Assembly (NCBI RefSeq): GCF_000195975.1
Contig: NC_005070.1
Location: 2,280,001-2,312,000 of the forward strand
Direction of reading: 5' to 3'
Origin: Parasynechococcus marenigrum WH 8102
GTDB taxonomy: Bacteria > Cyanobacteriota > Cyanobacteriia > PCC-6307 > Cyanobiaceae
DNA: 32,000 nucleotides
How positions within the stretch are numbered: position 1 is the first letter of the stretch; each line of letters begins with the position of its first letter. The notes beneath the pieces were generated by a model. It saw nothing but the letters and a program-made list of their open reading frames with translations, was not told the DNA's origin and did not search any database. A program made the translations under genes and the position numbers. Below, piece after piece: positions 31,236 to 32,000 of this stretch.

Positions 31236-31253
31236 GTTACAGTTCTTTACAGA
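31236..31253 (+). promoter_or_regulatory. HLR1-type direct repeat (RpaB-binding high-light regulatory element)
   Basis: GTTACAGT-tc-TTTACAGA gives two (G/T)TTACA cores with a 2-nt spacer. It ends 16 nt upstream of the HLIP ATG at 31269. Confidence 0.55.
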
Positions 31254-31268
31254 TCGATCGAGATTCCG

Positions 31269-31499
31269 ATGGCCAACTCAAACGACAACTGGTTCCAGAC
31301 CACCGCAGCCCGTGAAATCCATCTGGAACAGCTCAAGCAAGCTGAGCGTTTCAATGGCCGCGCCGCCATGCTCGGTATCGTGATTGGGATCATCACCGAA
31401 GGGCTCACCGGCGCTGGTATTGCCCACCAGATCGGCCTTGGCCCCCTGGTGGATGGCTACGCCGCCTGCCGCACGCAGTTCCTTCCTTTCTGCTTCTGA
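31269..31499 (+). CDS. hli: High-light-inducible protein (HLIP, CAB/ELIP/HLIP family)
   Basis: Chlorophyll-binding helix motif AERFNGRAAMLGIVIGIITE. ATG 31269 (MANSNDNWF…) is chosen over the track start at 31143, which overlaps the upstream gene. Confidence 0.85.
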   Translation: MANSNDNWFQTTAAREIHLEQLKQAERFNGRAAMLGIVIGIITEGLTGAGIAHQIGLGPLVDGYAACRTQFLPFCF

Positions 31500-31650
31500 G
31501 CCTCAGAAATTCGACCGATGCGACGGGCAGCGCGACTTCTGTCGCGTCGGCGACAAAAAGAGGCTAAACTTTCATAGCGTTGACCCGGATCTTCCGGATG
31601 CAGTTCGTTCCGGGCCATGCAACGGGGGCCAGGACGCTGTGGAGACCTCC

Positions 31651-31827
31651 ATGTCCCCCCTCTCACTGATTCAAAAGCGCACCCAGCGCCAGCAGCGTCT
31701 TGAAGGCGCTCGTCGCCAGTTGGCCAAAGCCGAAGGGTGCTTCGACCTTGAGGTCAACACCGCCCGAATTGCACCGGCACCGCTGTACGACCTCTCCTAT
31801 CGAGCCATCAGCGCCAACTGGCTCTGA
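31651..31827 (+). CDS. Small hypothetical protein (58 aa)
   Basis: ATG 31651 is preceded by GGAG at 31641-31644. The upstream part of the track ORF (31384-) overlaps the HLIP gene out of frame. No family recognised. Confidence 0.3.
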   Translation: MSPLSLIQKRTQRQQRLEGARRQLAKAEGCFDLEVNTARIAPAPLYDLSYRAISANWL

Positions 31828-31931
31828 TTCAGAGCCCGGTCGTTTATTTCGCTGTGTTCAACGGTTATCAACTTCACAGCCCGACGTCGTGCGCGCTGAG
31901 ACGTTAAGAGCATCCTGAACACACCAGTCCC

Positions 31932-32000
31932 ATGATCAAACTCGGAGGTCGCGTGGTGGAAACCCCAATGGGATCCACCATCGATTCCATTCGCGATGGC
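31932..32000 (+). CDS. Start of an unidentified CDS running off the window (MIKLGGRVVETPMGSTIDSIRDG…)
   Basis: The frame is open from ATG 31932 to the window end. Only 23 codons are visible. Confidence 0.25.
   Translation, partial: MIKLGGRVVETPMGSTIDSIRDG

Overview
GC-rich (about 60-65% in hand-counted 60-nt lines) picocyanobacterial chromosome segment. Gene content and order are typical of an open-ocean marine Synechococcus. From memory the order resembles the Synechococcus sp. WH8102 region holding SYNW2390/2391 and zur; I cannot verify that here. Most of the window is tightly packed housekeeping: partial pirin, gcvP-gcvH, a PLP enzyme, desC, rplI-dnaB, mnmG, ligA, valS, an ABC-2 transporter, an SDR-zur-MBL operon and an HLIP gene. 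Three parts look accessory. (1) A roughly 4.5 kb low-GC islet (about 17.17-21.65 kb, sampled lines 33-48% GC) carries two large phosphoesterase genes. One is a 5'-nucleotidase fused to RTX repeats. The other is a choice-of-anchor-I-like putative alkaline phosphatase preceded by a Pho-box-like array. Each gene ends in a near-identical intrinsic terminator. (2) An RHH-antitoxin/MazF-PemK-toxin pair is wedged between dnaB and mnmG. (3) An 840 bp weakly coding gap lies downstream of gcvP. Other observations are an unlisted 31-codon membrane-peptide ORF packed between SprT-like and downstream genes, an HLR1 (RpaB-type) direct repeat in front of the HLIP gene, and several translationally coupled gene junctions. 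I found no CRISPR array, tRNA/rRNA, integrase/transposase or recognisable defence operon. I see no compelling evidence for a wholly undescribed multi-gene system. The findings are ranked candidates, not demonstrated novelties. Many long ORFs in the track are antisense or out-of-frame artefacts of high GC and were rejected.
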